NCBI RefSeq assembly: GCF_004010195.1
Contig: NC_057757.1
Coordinates: 4,203,111 to 4,267,110, forward strand
Reading direction: 5' to 3'
Source: Chiloscyllium plagiosum
Lineage: Eukaryota
Length of the DNA: 64,000 nucleotides
The translations under genes were made by a program, and so were the position numbers. This document shows positions 1-12,589 of the stretch, piece after piece (the stretch's first letter is position 1; each line of letters opens with the position of its first letter). A model generated the notes under the pieces. The model worked only from the letters and a program-made list of their open reading frames with translations. It searched no databases and was not told the origin of the DNA.

Positions 1-4
1 CTCT

Positions 5-700
5 ATGACTGTATTTAAAATTCAGGCTTTTGATGGTGTTGTAGTACAGAGAGACCAAGAGATTCAGGTACATAATTCTTTGAAGTTTGCACTACATATA
101 GACAGGGTGGTTAAGAAGGCATTTCACACAGATGCATTCATTGCTGAATGCTTTGAGTATAGGAGTCATGTTGAGGTTTTACAGATGTTGGTGAGGCCTC
201 TTCTGCAGTACTGTGTCCAGTTCTGGCCGCTCTGTTATAGGAAGGATATTATTAAGCTGAAGAGGATACAGGAGAGATTTAGCAGGATGATGCTGGGTAC
301 GGAAGGTTTGAATATCAAAGAAAAGCCGGATAGGCTGGGACTTTTCTCGTTGGAATGGAGGGGTTCGAGAGGTGCTATTATAAAATCATGACGGGTATGG
401 ATAAAGTGGGAGATTTCAAGACTAGGGGGCATAGTTTTATGGTGAGAGGAGAAAGATTCGAAAAGGACTTGAGGGGCCAATGTTTTAAACAGAGGATGGT
501 TCATGTGTAGAATTAACTTCCTGAGAAAGTGGTGGATGCGGACACAGTTACGTTGAGGAGATGTTTGTATAAGTACATGAATAGGAAAGGTTTGGAGGGA
601 TATGGGCCAGGAGCAAGCAGGTGGGACTGGTTTGGTTTGGGATTATGTTCGGCATGGACTGGTTGCACCGAAGAGTTGCTTCCGTGCTGTATGTCTCTGA
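5..700 (+). mobile_element. CR1/HER1-type LINE 3' fragment
   Basis: ORF motifs LVRPLLQYCVQFW..RKDIIKL..IQERF, plus the characteristic 3'UTR (GGATATGGGCCAGGAGCAAGCAGGTGGGAC). Confidence 0.8.
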
Positions 701-2147
701 GAAGCGACACAGCAGGTGAAACCTGACACACACAGTGATGAAACAGAGGGATCTGGGTGTCCCTGTGCAGGAATCTCCGAATGTTAGTATGCAGGGACAA
801 CAAATAAGCAGGGAAAACCCTTCGAATTCTATGTGTTATTGGGAAGACGAGTGAACGCAAGAGATTAGTGAGGTAATGCCTCACTGATATGTAGCATCAG
901 TGAGATTACAGTACTGTGTACATCACTGGTCCCCCATATTCAGGGAGGGATGTTAATGTGTTGGAAGGGGTCAGAGAAGGTTTGCTACCTGAAAAGAGTG
1001 GTTAGCCTGATGAAGGAATGGCTAGAGAGGCCAGGGGTCTCTATCCTCTCGGATGTGGAGGAGCAGAGGTGACTTAAATTCAACTTATAAGATTCTGAGG
1101 GGACTTGACCAGGCAGATGTGGGAAGGATGGTCCATCTTCTGGAAGAATCTAGATCTAGAGGGGTCAGAGTTCAAACATTCAGAGCCACCCATTTAAAAC
1201 AGAGATGAAGGAACCATCTTTACTTTTCACAAGGTTGTGGGTCTTTGCAATTTCCTTCCTGCAAAGGCTGAAGCTTTAGTTTTGTTTTTTAAGGTGGAGG
1301 TAAATAGGGGGTGAAAGATTATTAGGGCTAAAAGTCAGATCGGCCCACCATCTTATGGAATGCCCGACTCTTGCTCATGGAGCATGGAGAGAGCTGCATT
1401 TTGATAGCACTGTTTGCGACCGGAGGGCATCCCATCGCCCAAAACGGGCTTCTAAAGCTGTCAGGACGTTGGCAGTGTGGATTAACTTGGGATGGGGAGG
1501 GTCTGCTTCACTTGGATTAGGGGGTTGGAGTATTGGCGTTATTGTAGAGTTCAGGGCAATAGAATGGGTCCACACATTCTCCCTCTCTCTCTATGGGTTT
1601 CCTTTCTGCCAGGGGGTTATACAATTCTCAGTGGGGTTGTGAGGGAGGAGCAGGGGACAGCAGCAACAGAGAGGGGAGGAATGGCCGTTTCTCATTGCCT
1701 GTGGCAATCCTTTACTTGGACCAGTTGTAGGGTGGTCACTTCGGGACCACTCTTGACAACAGTGACCATGGTGACGATGGTCCATTGTCATTAAAAACCC
1801 AACCGAATCCCTTCTCAGGATGGGAATCCACTGTCATGACCTGGCCTGGCCTACACGTGACTTCAGTTTTGCTTTCTCTTTTGGACCATAATTCGGGTTC
1901 TGTTCAGTTTGAGCGACAGACTGTGATCGATTTCCCTCTTTGGCCAAGATACGCAATCATCAAACTTGCCTTGAGATGTGGAAGAGGTAAAAGCAATGAC
2001 TGCAGATGCTGGAAATCAGATTCTGGATCAGTGGTGCTTGAAGAGCACAGCAGTTCAGACAGCATCCGAGGACAGGCAAAATCGACGTTTCGGGATCAGT
2101 GGTGCTGGAAGAGCACAGCAATTCAGGCAGCATCTGACGAGCAGCAA

Positions 2148-2184
2148 AATCGACGTTTCAGGCAAAAGCTCTTCATCAGGAATA
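2148..2184 (-). ncRNA. Minimal hammerhead-ribozyme core (Penelope-type), stem II mismatched
   Basis: Minus strand ATTC-CTGATGA-A-GAGC-TTTT-GCCT-GAAACGTC-GAT, inside the Penelope-end repeat ~1990-2200. Confidence 0.4.
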
Positions 2185-2673
2185 AAGGCAGAGAGCCTGA
2201 AGCATGGAGAGATAGCTTCAGGGCAGAGGAAATGATGTGGAAGCCTACATTGCCACAGGATGTGGAGACACTGCAGGGGCATTGATATTTATTGATGAGC
2301 TGTGGACATCACTATTGTCCATCCCTAATTGCTCCATTTCAGAAAGCAGTTGAGAGTCAACTGAATTGGCCGTGGGTCTGGAGTCACATTTAGGCCAGAC
2401 CGGGTAAGGATGGCAGATTTCCTTCCTGAATGGGCAAGAGGAATTTTATTACAATAGACAGTGTTTGCCATTAGGTCAGCTTCTGAGTCCAGCATTTATT
2501 GAGTTCCAATTGCACCACCTGTCCTGGTGAGATTTGAACCCAAATCTCAAGCACATTAGACTGGACACTGACATTAACACACCACACCATCTAACTAGTT
2601 GCTGTACGGAAGCGAATCTCTGGGGAACATCAGCAGCGATCGGTAGGGGATCAATTCGTTGTGACAGACTCAC

Positions 2674-2713
2674 CTCCAGCAAAGGGATCCTCCTTCTCTC
2701 GGGTTTCCACATC
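2674..2713 (-). CDS. NAIP: Candidate NAIP-like acidic linker exon before the NACHT exon
   Basis: tcttgaacag|GAT...GAG|gtgagt; 40 nt, phase 0 to 1; [13 protein letters not shown]. Supported only by splice signals and phase. Confidence 0.5.
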
Positions 2714-5700
2714 CTGTTCAAGAGACAAGATTTACGTCACACAGAGATCCAGGAGTCCTGACCCAATTGTACAACAAGCTAAGATCCTCCGGGGAGCACC
2801 GTGAGAAATGCCTTCAAGCTGCACAAATCTGACTCGAGAGCATTAAGATATAGTAAGTTTCAGTCGGCCTTTCAGCCCTCGAGCCTATTCCGCCATTCAG
2901 CCCCTTGGGCCTGTTCTGCCAGTCAGAATAATCACGGACTGATCACCCAACTCAGTCCCATGTTCTCAATTTCTCACCCATAACCTTTGGTCTCTTTAGA
3001 TCTGGGAGTCTCTCTCTCACGGTTTCTTTCTGACACAGACACACGCACAGAGTCAGGGCCAACAAGTCTGTTGCTGTGCTGGATATTCTAGTGAATAACG
3101 CATTGAATATCGGAGGTGGGATGTGCACTGAGTACAGGGCTTTGGACACGACATTGGTTTGGCCGCTTTTGGAATACTGCATTCAATTCTGGTCTCCCTG
3201 CTATAGGAAGGACGTTGTGAAACTTGAAAGGGTTCAGAATAGATTCACAAGGACGCTGCCAGGATTTGGAGGGTTTGAGCTGTAGGGAGAGGCTGAATAG
3301 GCTGGGGCTGTTTTCCCTGGAGCGTCAGAGGCTGAGAGGTGAACCTACAGAGGTTTATAAAATCATGAGCGGTGTGGATAGGGTGAATAGACAGGGTCTT
3401 TTCCCGTGCGGTGGGGAACCCAAAACTAGAAGGCATAGGTTTAGGATGAGTGGGGAAAGATTTAAAGGGGACGTAAGGGGCAACATTTTCACGCAGAGGG
3501 TGTATGGAATGAGCTGTCAGAGGAAGTGATGGAGGCTGATATAATTAGAGCATTTAAAAGGCATCTGGATGATTAGATGGATAGGAAGGGTTTAGAGGGA
3601 TATAGGCCAAGTGCTGGCAAATGAGTCTGGATTAGTTTAGGATATCTGATCATCGTAGACGGGTTGGACTGAAGGGTCTGTTTCTGTGCTGTACATCTGA
3701 ATCTATAACTACATCCACATCCTTCTCGGAAACATTCAATATTTTGGTCTCAACCACGTTCTGTGATAGAGAATTCCACAGGCTCCCCACTCGCTGGGTG
3801 AAGACATTTCTATCCATTTTAGTCCTACCCCGTCTCCCTCAGAGTGTGCCCCCCTGGTTCTAGACTCCTCGGTGATTGGGAACATCCTTCCTGCCTTTAC
3901 CCTGTCTTTGAGAAATCCCTCTGACTATTCTGAACTCCAGCAAATAGAGAGTGAACAGAGGGCTTGTGTGGCCCAGTGGTAATGTTTGGGTTCAAGTCCC
4001 ACCTACTCCTGAGGTATGCTATCCATGGACCACTCGGTGAGAAGTTATCTAATCATGCTAGCTGCTCCTCATTCTGTATGTGTCAGGCTAAGAACATTAA
4101 GCAAACTTGTACCTCATCCAGCGCTCTTAGCTCTGTCTCCACCCCTTCAATAGTTTGGGTGTGTATTAGGTTTTCTGGAATTGTACCTAGGCCATTATTG
4201 GTACTGCGGGAAAAGGTGTTCGGATATAGAAGAGCGACAGGGTGGAAGCATGCCGTTTGGCCCATCAAGTTCAAACCGCACCTCTGAACAGCATTCCACC
4301 ACCTCAGCCCCAACCCTGTAGCCCTGCATTTCCCATGGCTAACCAACCTAGTGTGCACATCTTTGACACTGTGGGGAAATATAGCATGGCCAATCCACCC
4401 TTTGGGTCTGCACATCTTTGTACTGTGGGAGGAAACCCACACAGGCACGGGCACGGGAAGATCACGCAAACTCCACACAGTTGCCCAAGGGTGGGATCGA
4501 ATCTGGGTCCCTGGTGCCACGAGACAGGAGTACCAACCACTGTGCCACCTTTGGCCTAGATAGTACAAGACCTGTCCCAACACTACAACATGGAACCAGG
4601 GCTGACACTGTCTGAGGAAGAGGTTTGGGGGATTCCTCCCAGTGCAGTGTTGAATTAAGGGCCCTCTTGAGTAGGTTAACAACATAAGGCAGTCCAAAAG
4701 GCCAGTCTCATTGACCCAGCCAGCCTCGTCAACAACATTGGCACCCAACTAATGGCCAACAAATGTCGTCCTTGCTAACCATTTGCATGTGGCTGGAGTA
4801 TGCTTGGCAAAGATCGATTGCGGTCAGGGTCACTCTGGGCAAAAGTGAGTACTGCAGATGCTGGAAACCAGAGTCTAGATTAGAGGGGTGCTGGAAAAGC
4901 ACAGCAGGTCAGGCAGCATCTGAGGAGCAGGAAAATCAACATTTTGGGTCACTCTCACGTGCCCCTGGCGGCTTTTGTCAGGGTCAAAGGGGAAGAACTG
5001 GTGGTTGAGTGGGCTTTGTGGGGGGGGGGGGGGCGTGGGTGCTGTCAGCATCTAGCTGCCAACAAGCCCCTGAAAGACACTGCCCCCTTCTGGGGGCAAA
5101 GGGACTGGTCCACTTTACCGGCATGTTGGGGGATGATTCCTGAATCCGTGCCCGACCCACATCTCCGCCGTCCTTGTTTCTCGCCTGAAGGTACGGGCAC
5201 CTGGAATGCAAAATCAGAATTGGTTTGAGCTGGAATCTCTTGCTTTCGTCAACAACTTGAGAGGGAGAACTGGAAAGAAGCCGTCCTTTGTATAGAGCGC
5301 TCTGTGGACCAGAATCTCAGGCCTCGGGTACATTGGATTACCCATCCTGCATTGGTGTCCGAGGAAGAGAATTCCAAAAAGTGACAGGTTTGGATGGATA
5401 TGGGCCAGGAGCAGGCAGGTGGGGACTAGTTTAATTTGGGATTACGTTCACCATGGACTGAAGGGTCTGTTTCTGTGCAGTAGGACTGTCTTACTTTACG
5501 ATGCTTTCACACCCTTAAAAAGCCCTGTTCAAAACCAACAACTAAAAGGTTGGTTAGAAAAATTGTTTAAGATAAAAGCAGACACAGGAAAAATCCAGTG
5601 GAAAATAATAGAAAATATTCAGGGCATTTACTCAGGACTTTGGTAGCACAGTGGTAGTGGTTCAAGACTCACTAGCTCCAAAGGTGTTTCATGAGAGGAT

Positions 5701-8700
5701 TCTGGGTAATCCAAGATGGAGGACGGAAAAAAGTTTTGGTTGTAACGGCTAATCCTTTTTTTGAGATCTTTTAGGTGTTGGAGATGATATCCTCGAATTC
5801 CAGGAGCAGCAATTACTGTTTTATATGCTATTGCATTGTTTTGAAACTTTGCGGAAAAAAAGTCAAAACAATAGCTGTTTTAAAAGTAAGAAGAACAGAC
5901 AAAGGAAGCACATGGTGCGGTCAGTGCAGGAGAGAGAGAGAAAAAAAACTGACACCATGGTGTATGTGTGTGGAATGAGTTGCCAGAGGAAGCGGTGGAG
6001 GCTGGTACAATTGCAACATTTAAAAGGCATTTGGATGGGTAAATGAATAGGAAGGGTTTGGAGGGGATATGGGCCGGGTGCTGGCAGGTGGGAATGGATT
6101 GGGTTGGGATATCTGGGCGGCATCGACGGATTGGACCGAAGGGTCTGTTTCCATGCTGTACATCTCTATGACTCTATATGTTGGAGCAGTTTGATTGAGA
6201 AAACGTTCAGAGAGTTAACCAGCTGCACTTAAAAAAAATTCCTTCCTTCGTGTGAAATCTGAATTGAGATTGCTGAGGGTCTTTCAGCACAGTCTAAGAC
6301 CCCTTGGCCTGAGTGCCCCCCCTCAAACTAATCCCACTTCCAGCAGGAAGACACTGGTTCTGGAGTGGGTGTTTATAACTGATTGCTCTGTCTGAAAGCT
6401 GGGACTGTGCACGTGTGGTGGGGCATGTGCACGTGTGGTGGCCTAAACAAGCGCAGCTTCGTGTTTCTCCTTACTGGGGCGAGTGTCTCTGGTGTTCCGT
6501 CCAAGCGTTATCCCCTTCCTCCCATTTGTGTAGATGAACTCCGCAGCAGAAACACTGAATTCTGTCCCCCAAACCTGGAGATGCAAAGAGAGAAGCTATG
6601 AGACGGTGTCCTGTTCCCTGCACAAACGATGCAAGTGCCCACTTCATCTGGCCCACTTTGCCCTGCCAGCCCTACTTCACCCCACAGCAGCCCCTCCTTG
6701 GCCAGTGCCATGAATTTCAGCCAAGATCAGGGCACTGACCTCCTGCTGCATGGGAGACAGGGGAGAGACTCAGGAATACTGGGAGGAAGGAGAGCCAGGG
6801 ATGGTGGGAGGGGGCGGGGATTTCAGCCCACACTGCCACCTTGGGCTGGCATTTATCCCACAGCAAAGGCTGATCGGGTCACAATCGCATGGCTGATCTC
6901 AACCGGGTGCAGCGAGGTTCGCTGACCAGTTACCCGGAAGGCTCTACAGAAATGCAAACCTTTCTCTCTTGCACCCCCACCCCACTCCCTGACCCCCACC
7001 AATCCTTTGTGGCTCCCAGCAGTGATGATGCCCACCAGCTTGGAATCCCTCTGACCTTCGTAGAAGAATCCAGCTTCTGCCAACTCAGCTGGGCTGGTGC
7101 TGCACCATGATGGCCAGGTGTGGAACGACTCCAGCCGGGTCCTCTCAGCCACGAAAATATTCCAACCCCAGCCTGGGTCTGGCCCTAGTCACACATGAAG
7201 AAGAGAGGAAAACCGTTATAAGCTAAGGAGGGTCTGGGCTGAGATCACAGTGTCCAAGCTTTGGCCTTTGGATGACAGACTCAATGATGGTGCGACGATG
7301 TGTGGGGAATGTACCTCAGAATGAGCCCTTCCCGAGCTGGTGATGGGACTCTGTGAGGATCACAGAGTTGTTTCCACTGGGGAATGGATGGACAAGTGTA
7401 ACTCTGTATATCTCAGTGAGCGGTTTATGGAACCTACAGAAAGTTGGAAAGGTGTCACTCTGAGTTGGCCTAATTTCTGCTCCAAAGTTTTGTGGTCTTT
7501 ATCAGGAAGAAAGCAGGAGAATGGTGTGGCGAAACATATCAGCCATGATTGATTGGCAGAGCAGACCTGATGGGCTGAATGGCCTAATTTCTGCTCTGAT
7601 GTTTTCAAGGTCTTTATAGATGAAATGAAAACAGAGTTAGAGCAGATTCAGAGCAGGAACATTCAAGATCAGGGAGAACTGATGGCTTTGTGGTATTAGC
7701 ACTGGATTGTTACTCCAAAGACCCTGATGATGTTCGGGCAGAGGGGAGGTGGGTGCAGGTTCAAATCCTGCCACAGCAGATAAAGCCATTCAGTGTGGAA
7801 GCAGACCCTTTGGTTCAACCAATCCATACTGACCACAATCCCAAACTAAACTAGTCTCACCTACCTGCACTTGACCCACATCCTGCTAAACCTTTCTTAT
7901 TCATCTTACCTCAATACCTTTGAAGAGTTGTAACTGTACCTGCATCAGTTCATTCCACACATGAACAGCTTTCTGAATATAAAAGTTGCCCCTCGTGTCT
8001 TTTTAAAAATGTTTTTCTCTCACCCTAAACTATGTCCCCTTCATCTTGAGATCTCCCTCCGAAATAAGGTTTTCTTAAAATTTCAAGGGTGAAATACAAA
8101 TGTTCTCCTGAAGGTGGCCCTCTCATGCAACATGACAGTGTTTGCACAATTCCTCATCAACTCTTAACTCATTCACAGGATTTATTGCCCTGAGTAAAGT
8201 TAAGAGTCAACCACATTGGGTTGTGGGTTTGGAATCACGTGTAGGCCCTGACCAGACAAAGACAGTAGTTTCCTTCCCGAAAGGATATTAACGAGTCAGA
8301 TGGATTTTTCCCAACAATTGACTTTTCGTCATGTTAATAAAATCATGACGGGATAGACGGTAAATAGATAAGGCTTTTTCCCCAGGGTAGCAGAGTCCAA
8401 AACTACTGGGAAAAAGATTTAAGGTGAGAGGGGAAAGATTTAAAAGGGACCAAAGGGGCAACTTTTTCACACAGAGGGTGGTGTGTTTGTGGAATAGACA
8501 TTGACCCATATCCCTCTAAACATTCACTATTCATGTACCCACCCGGATACCTTTCAAATGTTGTAATTGTCCCAGCCTCCACCATTACCTCTGGCAGCTT
8601 ATTCAATACTCGCACCACCCTCTATGTGAAAACGTTGCCCCTCAGGTCCCTTTTAAACCTCTCCTCTCACTCTAAGCCTATGACCCTCTAGACCTTGTCT

Positions 8701-11700
8701 ATTCACCCTATCCACACCCCTCATGATTTTATAAACCTGTATAAGGTCACCCCTCAGCCTCTGGCATTCTGGGGAAAATAGCCCCATCCTATTCAGTCTC
8801 TCCCTGTAGAGGCGTCATCACATTCAAGGCGGGTGTGGGAAAGTGGGACTTGGGTAGGTCGGATGGACCAAACGGTCTCCTCTGTGAAGTGTGATTCCAT
8901 GAGGGGACCAAATTTGGTTGGCGTGAGGATGAGTATCTCAGAGTGTCGTGAGGGTGCTCCCTTCACTGCCGATGTCCCCCCACTCTCAAAAGAACACCCC
9001 CTCCTCTGGGTTGCGGAGGGTGAGTGGACTGGCCCCCACCCCACCATCTTCCCCCATCCCCCTGCCCAAAGGACTTGAAGCCAACTCACGTGATACCGGA
9101 TCATCGCTGCGAGTCAATGGCGATGGGGGAAGGTCGTCCAATGCCGGGAGGCTCAGAAAGTGGGCAGCCTGCGGAAACAGAAAGAAGCTCCTCAGGAAAT
9201 CTGGGAGAAGGGGAGCCCCATTAGCTCTCGGGCACCCTCCCCCCCCCACCCTTAACCGTCGGATCTGTGTCAGGATTGGCACCTGGGGAGACACCCAATG
9301 GGTCCCATAGAAGAAGGTGGGATTCCTTCTGTGGAATTGGGGATTGCCGGCTGGGACAGCATCGATGGGCTCCCCAGAATGGTCTCAGCTCCCACCCTAC
9401 CTCTTGAAAAGGCTCTGGCGAACAGATGTCCAGTTCTGGCCACTGTGGGTAGTGCCCCCACCTCTGAGCTGGGGGCGTGTCTCTGCGATGGAGTTCCACT
9501 CCATGCCGAGTGCGGAGCACCCATGGTGCACCCAACTAGTTGGAGGGCACCAACCTGTGATGTCATCTGGCGCATGCTAGCAGGGAGAACAGGAGAGATT
9601 CACAGTTAGCCACACACGTGCGCAGCCAAGCCTCTCCTGTCACGCTACATCTGTGTCAGACTCCAGGAGTGAAATGTAACTCCTCGCCACCTAGCGCTTC
9701 GTCACTTTTGCCTCATCTGACTGGAGGAGAACCCTTCTCTCTTCTGTGGGTCCCATCTCAAACAGATTGGGGCATCCAATTCACCTGAGGAGCTCTCCCA
9801 GGATTTACTGAGGCCAGCTCTGGCACCATTGGGCTGAGTGGCCTCGTCTGTGCTTCAGTGAAACTCTCACCATGACCCCAGGAAATCCGATGTAGCTCCG
9901 GCAGTACTGGTCCCTTTCTTCCTCGGATTTCTGTCCCTGCAGATACTCGCACCTTGGAAAAACAACAGAGCCATTGGACTGTGGGATCAGGCCATAGAAT
10001 TAGAAATCAATCCCCGAGCTGGGATTTCACCACATCGCTGTCACTCTGGGAAGGAACACTCCCTGTGTCCAGGAATCATACTGTGCTACCTCTCCTGTGT
10101 CCACCAAACACACAGAATCATCACACTCCCATGTCCAGGGAGCACATGCAACCCTCACTCTCCCATGTCCAAGGAACACACATAACCCTCACTCTCCCAT
10201 GTCCAGGGAACAGACGTAACCCTCACAGTCCCGTGTCCAGGGAACACACAGAATCCTATCTCTCCCATGTCCAGGAAACACACAGAACTGTTGCTCTCCC
10301 GTGTTCAGGAAACACGTAACCCTCACAGTCCCGTGTCCAGGGAACACACAGAACCCTCACTGCCTCATGTCCAAGGGACCCACGGTGTTGACACCCCATG
10401 CCCGGGCAGTGCATGAAGCTGTTGGCCTGATGTTCACCAAATCTGTGGCCAATATCTGCTGCGCCCGGCATCGGGTGCGGTTTGAGAGGGCACCGCCTCT
10501 TCCTGTGGGCCGAGGAGCCTGACGCTCAGGTCTCCATTGGGATAGTGCCTCGCTCTAATGGAAAAGTGTGCTCCGGAAAGACGCAGAGGATCCGAGAGGA
10601 AAGGAAGAGTCCACTTACTGAGGGAACCACTTGGCGTGTTCCTGCCATGGGTCGTCCCCTTCCTCCCAGTTGGCAAGGCTGCCATCACAGGAGAAACACT
10701 GCACTTGGTCCTTGCTGCCTGTCGGGGAGGGGAGATAAGGAGCAGTCATGGCCTGGGCACTTGAAAGCGATATCATGCTGACCCCTCGCTCTGGCCCTCC
10801 CAGATTGTCTTCCCTGAGCTCTCCCACAATCCCGAGATTCCCCATCCCTCTGCAACCTCCTCCAAAAGCTCCCACTACAAAATGCTTAGCCCTCCCCACC
10901 TCCTCCCCTTCTCCATAGGTGAGGGACACTGTCAGCACCTCAGTCTAGAATGCGGTTGGGGATGTCCCGAGCTGGAGTGACATTAAAAACCCCAACTGAT
11001 TCACCAAAAAGGGCGAGGGAATTTTAATTTGTTGAACAGCAGGTCCAACATTTATTGCCGAGAAGGGCAGTTTAGAGTAAACCACATTGGGCTGTGGGTC
11101 TGGAGTTACCTGTAGGCCAGACCGGATAAGGATGGTAGTTTCTTTCCCTCAAGGGCATGAGGGGTTCTTTCCAATAATGGTCCCATGGTCATCTTTTGGT
11201 TTTTAATCCCAGATTTTTAACATCAAATTCAAATCCCACCAAGGTGGGAATCAAACCTGGGTCCCCAAGAGATAACCGCAGTCTCTGGATGGTCAGTCCA
11301 GCAACGATAGCAGCGGGCTGTCACTTCCCCTTGCCCGGTTGGGGCCTACATGTGACCCTGAGAACCACGGCAATTGGTCCCTAATCAGCCACTCTCTGAA
11401 ATGGCCCAATGGAGTCACTCATCTGGGTTCAAGAAGGTGTTGCGCCAACCCCCTCCCTCAGCTTCACGAGGGGCAATTAGGGACCGACAATGTCAGGCCA
11501 GCCAGTGATGCCTATACAACCGGAGAGGGACGTGTGATTCTAACGGCCAATTCCCGTATGTTTCTATCCCACCAGCGGTCACCTGTGTAGAAAAACCCAG
11601 CTCCCGCCAACAGAGCGGGCTCCGTTGGAGCGTAGAAAGGCCAGCTCCCGAAGCTCTCGAGCCGGCTCCTCTCCTCCACTAGCTGCTGCCGTTGGCTCTG

Positions 11701-12174
11701 CAGGATCTTGCCGGGTGGCTGGACCCGCACGGCATACTTGGGAACATCACCAACGTCCAGTGCCTTGACCAAGCCGCAGTCGGGCTCGAACTGCCTGTGT
11801 TCCAACCACGGGGTCTTGGTGAGGCTGGTGCTGGAGAGGACTCCCCCACAGCAGAAACACTGCATGTAGGTCTTGGTGCCCGTGTAGTAGAAACCCGCGT
11901 CCGCCATCTCCTCGGGACTCCAGGTGGAGAACGACGGGTAGCTCTCGAAGCTCTTCAGCCTCCTCAGTTCGCTCCTCATCCGAGCATTGTAGCCCCTCAC
12001 CCTCTGCCGACAGAAGGCTGCGTCTTCCTCCTCTACCTGCGCCACAAACTCCGCCATGTTGAAGTTCATCAAGGGCATGATGGACTGGAGTTCATTAGGA
12101 TCCAGCTGCCGGTGGAGGGTGGCGGTGCCCTGCGTTGCGCCTTCCGGTGGTGGTGCCAGCTCTTGCGTCGCCAT
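2674..12174 (-). CDS. NAIP: NAIP/BIRC1-like NLR family apoptosis inhibitory protein, 5' part (BIR1-BIR3); spliced gene continuing beyond window start
   Basis: Phase-compatible GT-AG exons 12174-11583, 10718-10619, 9952-9871, 9168-9090, 7184-7056, 6574-6475, 5200-5119, 2713-2674 encode three BIR domains with CxxC..H..C Zn ligands. NAIP-type motifs [28 protein letters not shown] and [23 protein letters not shown] are present. No NACHT exon is seen inside the window. Confidence 0.85.
3140..3710 (+). mobile_element. CR1/HER1-type LINE 3' fragment
   Basis: [43 protein letters not shown], 3'UTR. Confidence 0.85.
4230..4552 (-). mobile_element. HE1/V-SINE-type tRNA-derived SINE
   Basis: Minus-strand head GGCACAGTGGTTGG..GGGACCCAGATTCGATCCC and central TGTGGAGTTTGC..TTTCCTCCCACAGT..AAAGATGTGCAG. 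Further copies at about 24890-25065, 36130-36410, 39790-40100, 40260-40520, 44155-44400, 50695-50960, 52710-53020, 55588-55910, 56075-56355, 58795-59240, 59800-60340. Confidence 0.75.
5119..5200 (-). CDS. NAIP: NAIP-like exon, end of BIR3 / linker
   Basis: ttccag|G...CCG|gtaaag; 82 nt, same size and phase as the 9871-9952 exon; [27 protein letters not shown] supplies the last BIR3 Cys. Confidence 0.8.
6475..6574 (-). CDS. NAIP: NAIP-like exon, C-half of BIR3
   Basis: ctccag|GT...CA|gtaagg; 100 nt; (G)[32 protein letters not shown](Q). Confidence 0.9.
7056..7184 (-). CDS. NAIP: NAIP-like exon, N-half of BIR3
   Basis: gactag|GG...GAAG|gtcaga; 129 nt; [35 protein letters not shown]. Confidence 0.88.
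9090..9168 (-). CDS. NAIP: NAIP-like BIR2-BIR3 linker exon
   Basis: Strong acceptor ttctttctgtttccgcag| and donor C|gtgagt. 79 nt, phase 0 to 1, which is what is needed to join the flanking exons; [26 protein letters not shown]. Confidence 0.7.
9871..9952 (-). CDS. NAIP: NAIP-like exon, end of BIR2 / linker
   Basis: tttccaag|G...ATG|gtgaga; 82 nt; [27 protein letters not shown] supplies the last BIR2 Zn-ligand Cys. Confidence 0.85.
10060..10380. repeat. Minisatellite, ~36-bp unit (ctcccatgtccagggaacacacagaaccctcaca-like)
   Basis: About 8-9 imperfect tandem copies visible in a NAIP intron. Confidence 0.8.
10619..10718 (-). CDS. NAIP: NAIP-like exon, C-half of BIR2
   Basis: gacag|GC...CA|gtaagt; 100 nt; (G)[32 protein letters not shown](Q). 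Confidence 0.92.
11583..12174 (-). CDS. NAIP: NAIP-like first coding exon (BIR1 + N-half of BIR2)
   Basis: ORF 11512-12174. Acceptor ctag 3 nt before the ATG; donor ACAG|gtgacc after GFFYT; 592 nt, phase 1. BIR1 reads [26 protein letters not shown]. Confidence 0.92.
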
Positions 12175-12589
12175 GATCTAGATGTCAACAAATCAGCGGG
12201 TTAGCTTTCAGTTAGCCGTTCAGCCCATCCCGACAGTACCATGCTGCGTAACTCTCTGTGCCAACCTCCATTTCCCCCTGCACACCCCTCCTACCCTAAT
12301 AACCATTGTCCCCTCTTCAGTTGAACCTGCTCCACACCCCCCACCTAATTGCCCATCAAGACCCTAACCACTTGCTGGGTGGTAATGTCTCCTCTTGCAT
12401 CATCCTTCATTTGTTCATCTGTCCCCTTCCCCTCTCATAGAGTCCTACAGCCCGGATACTGACCCTTCAGTCCAACTCGGTCAAATATCCTCAATCAATC
12501 TAGTCCCAGTTGGCAGCGTTTGGTCCATATCCCTCTGAACCTGCCCCACAACTATCTTGACTCCACCTCCTTTCACCCACCTGCCTGCA

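Noticed and set aside
4113..4611. Extra NAIP linker exons 4572-4611 and 4113-4186 (phase-compatible as a pair)
   Set aside because: Weak donor (gtcttg) and weak acceptor, no recognisable homology, and the model is in frame without them; needs RNA-seq
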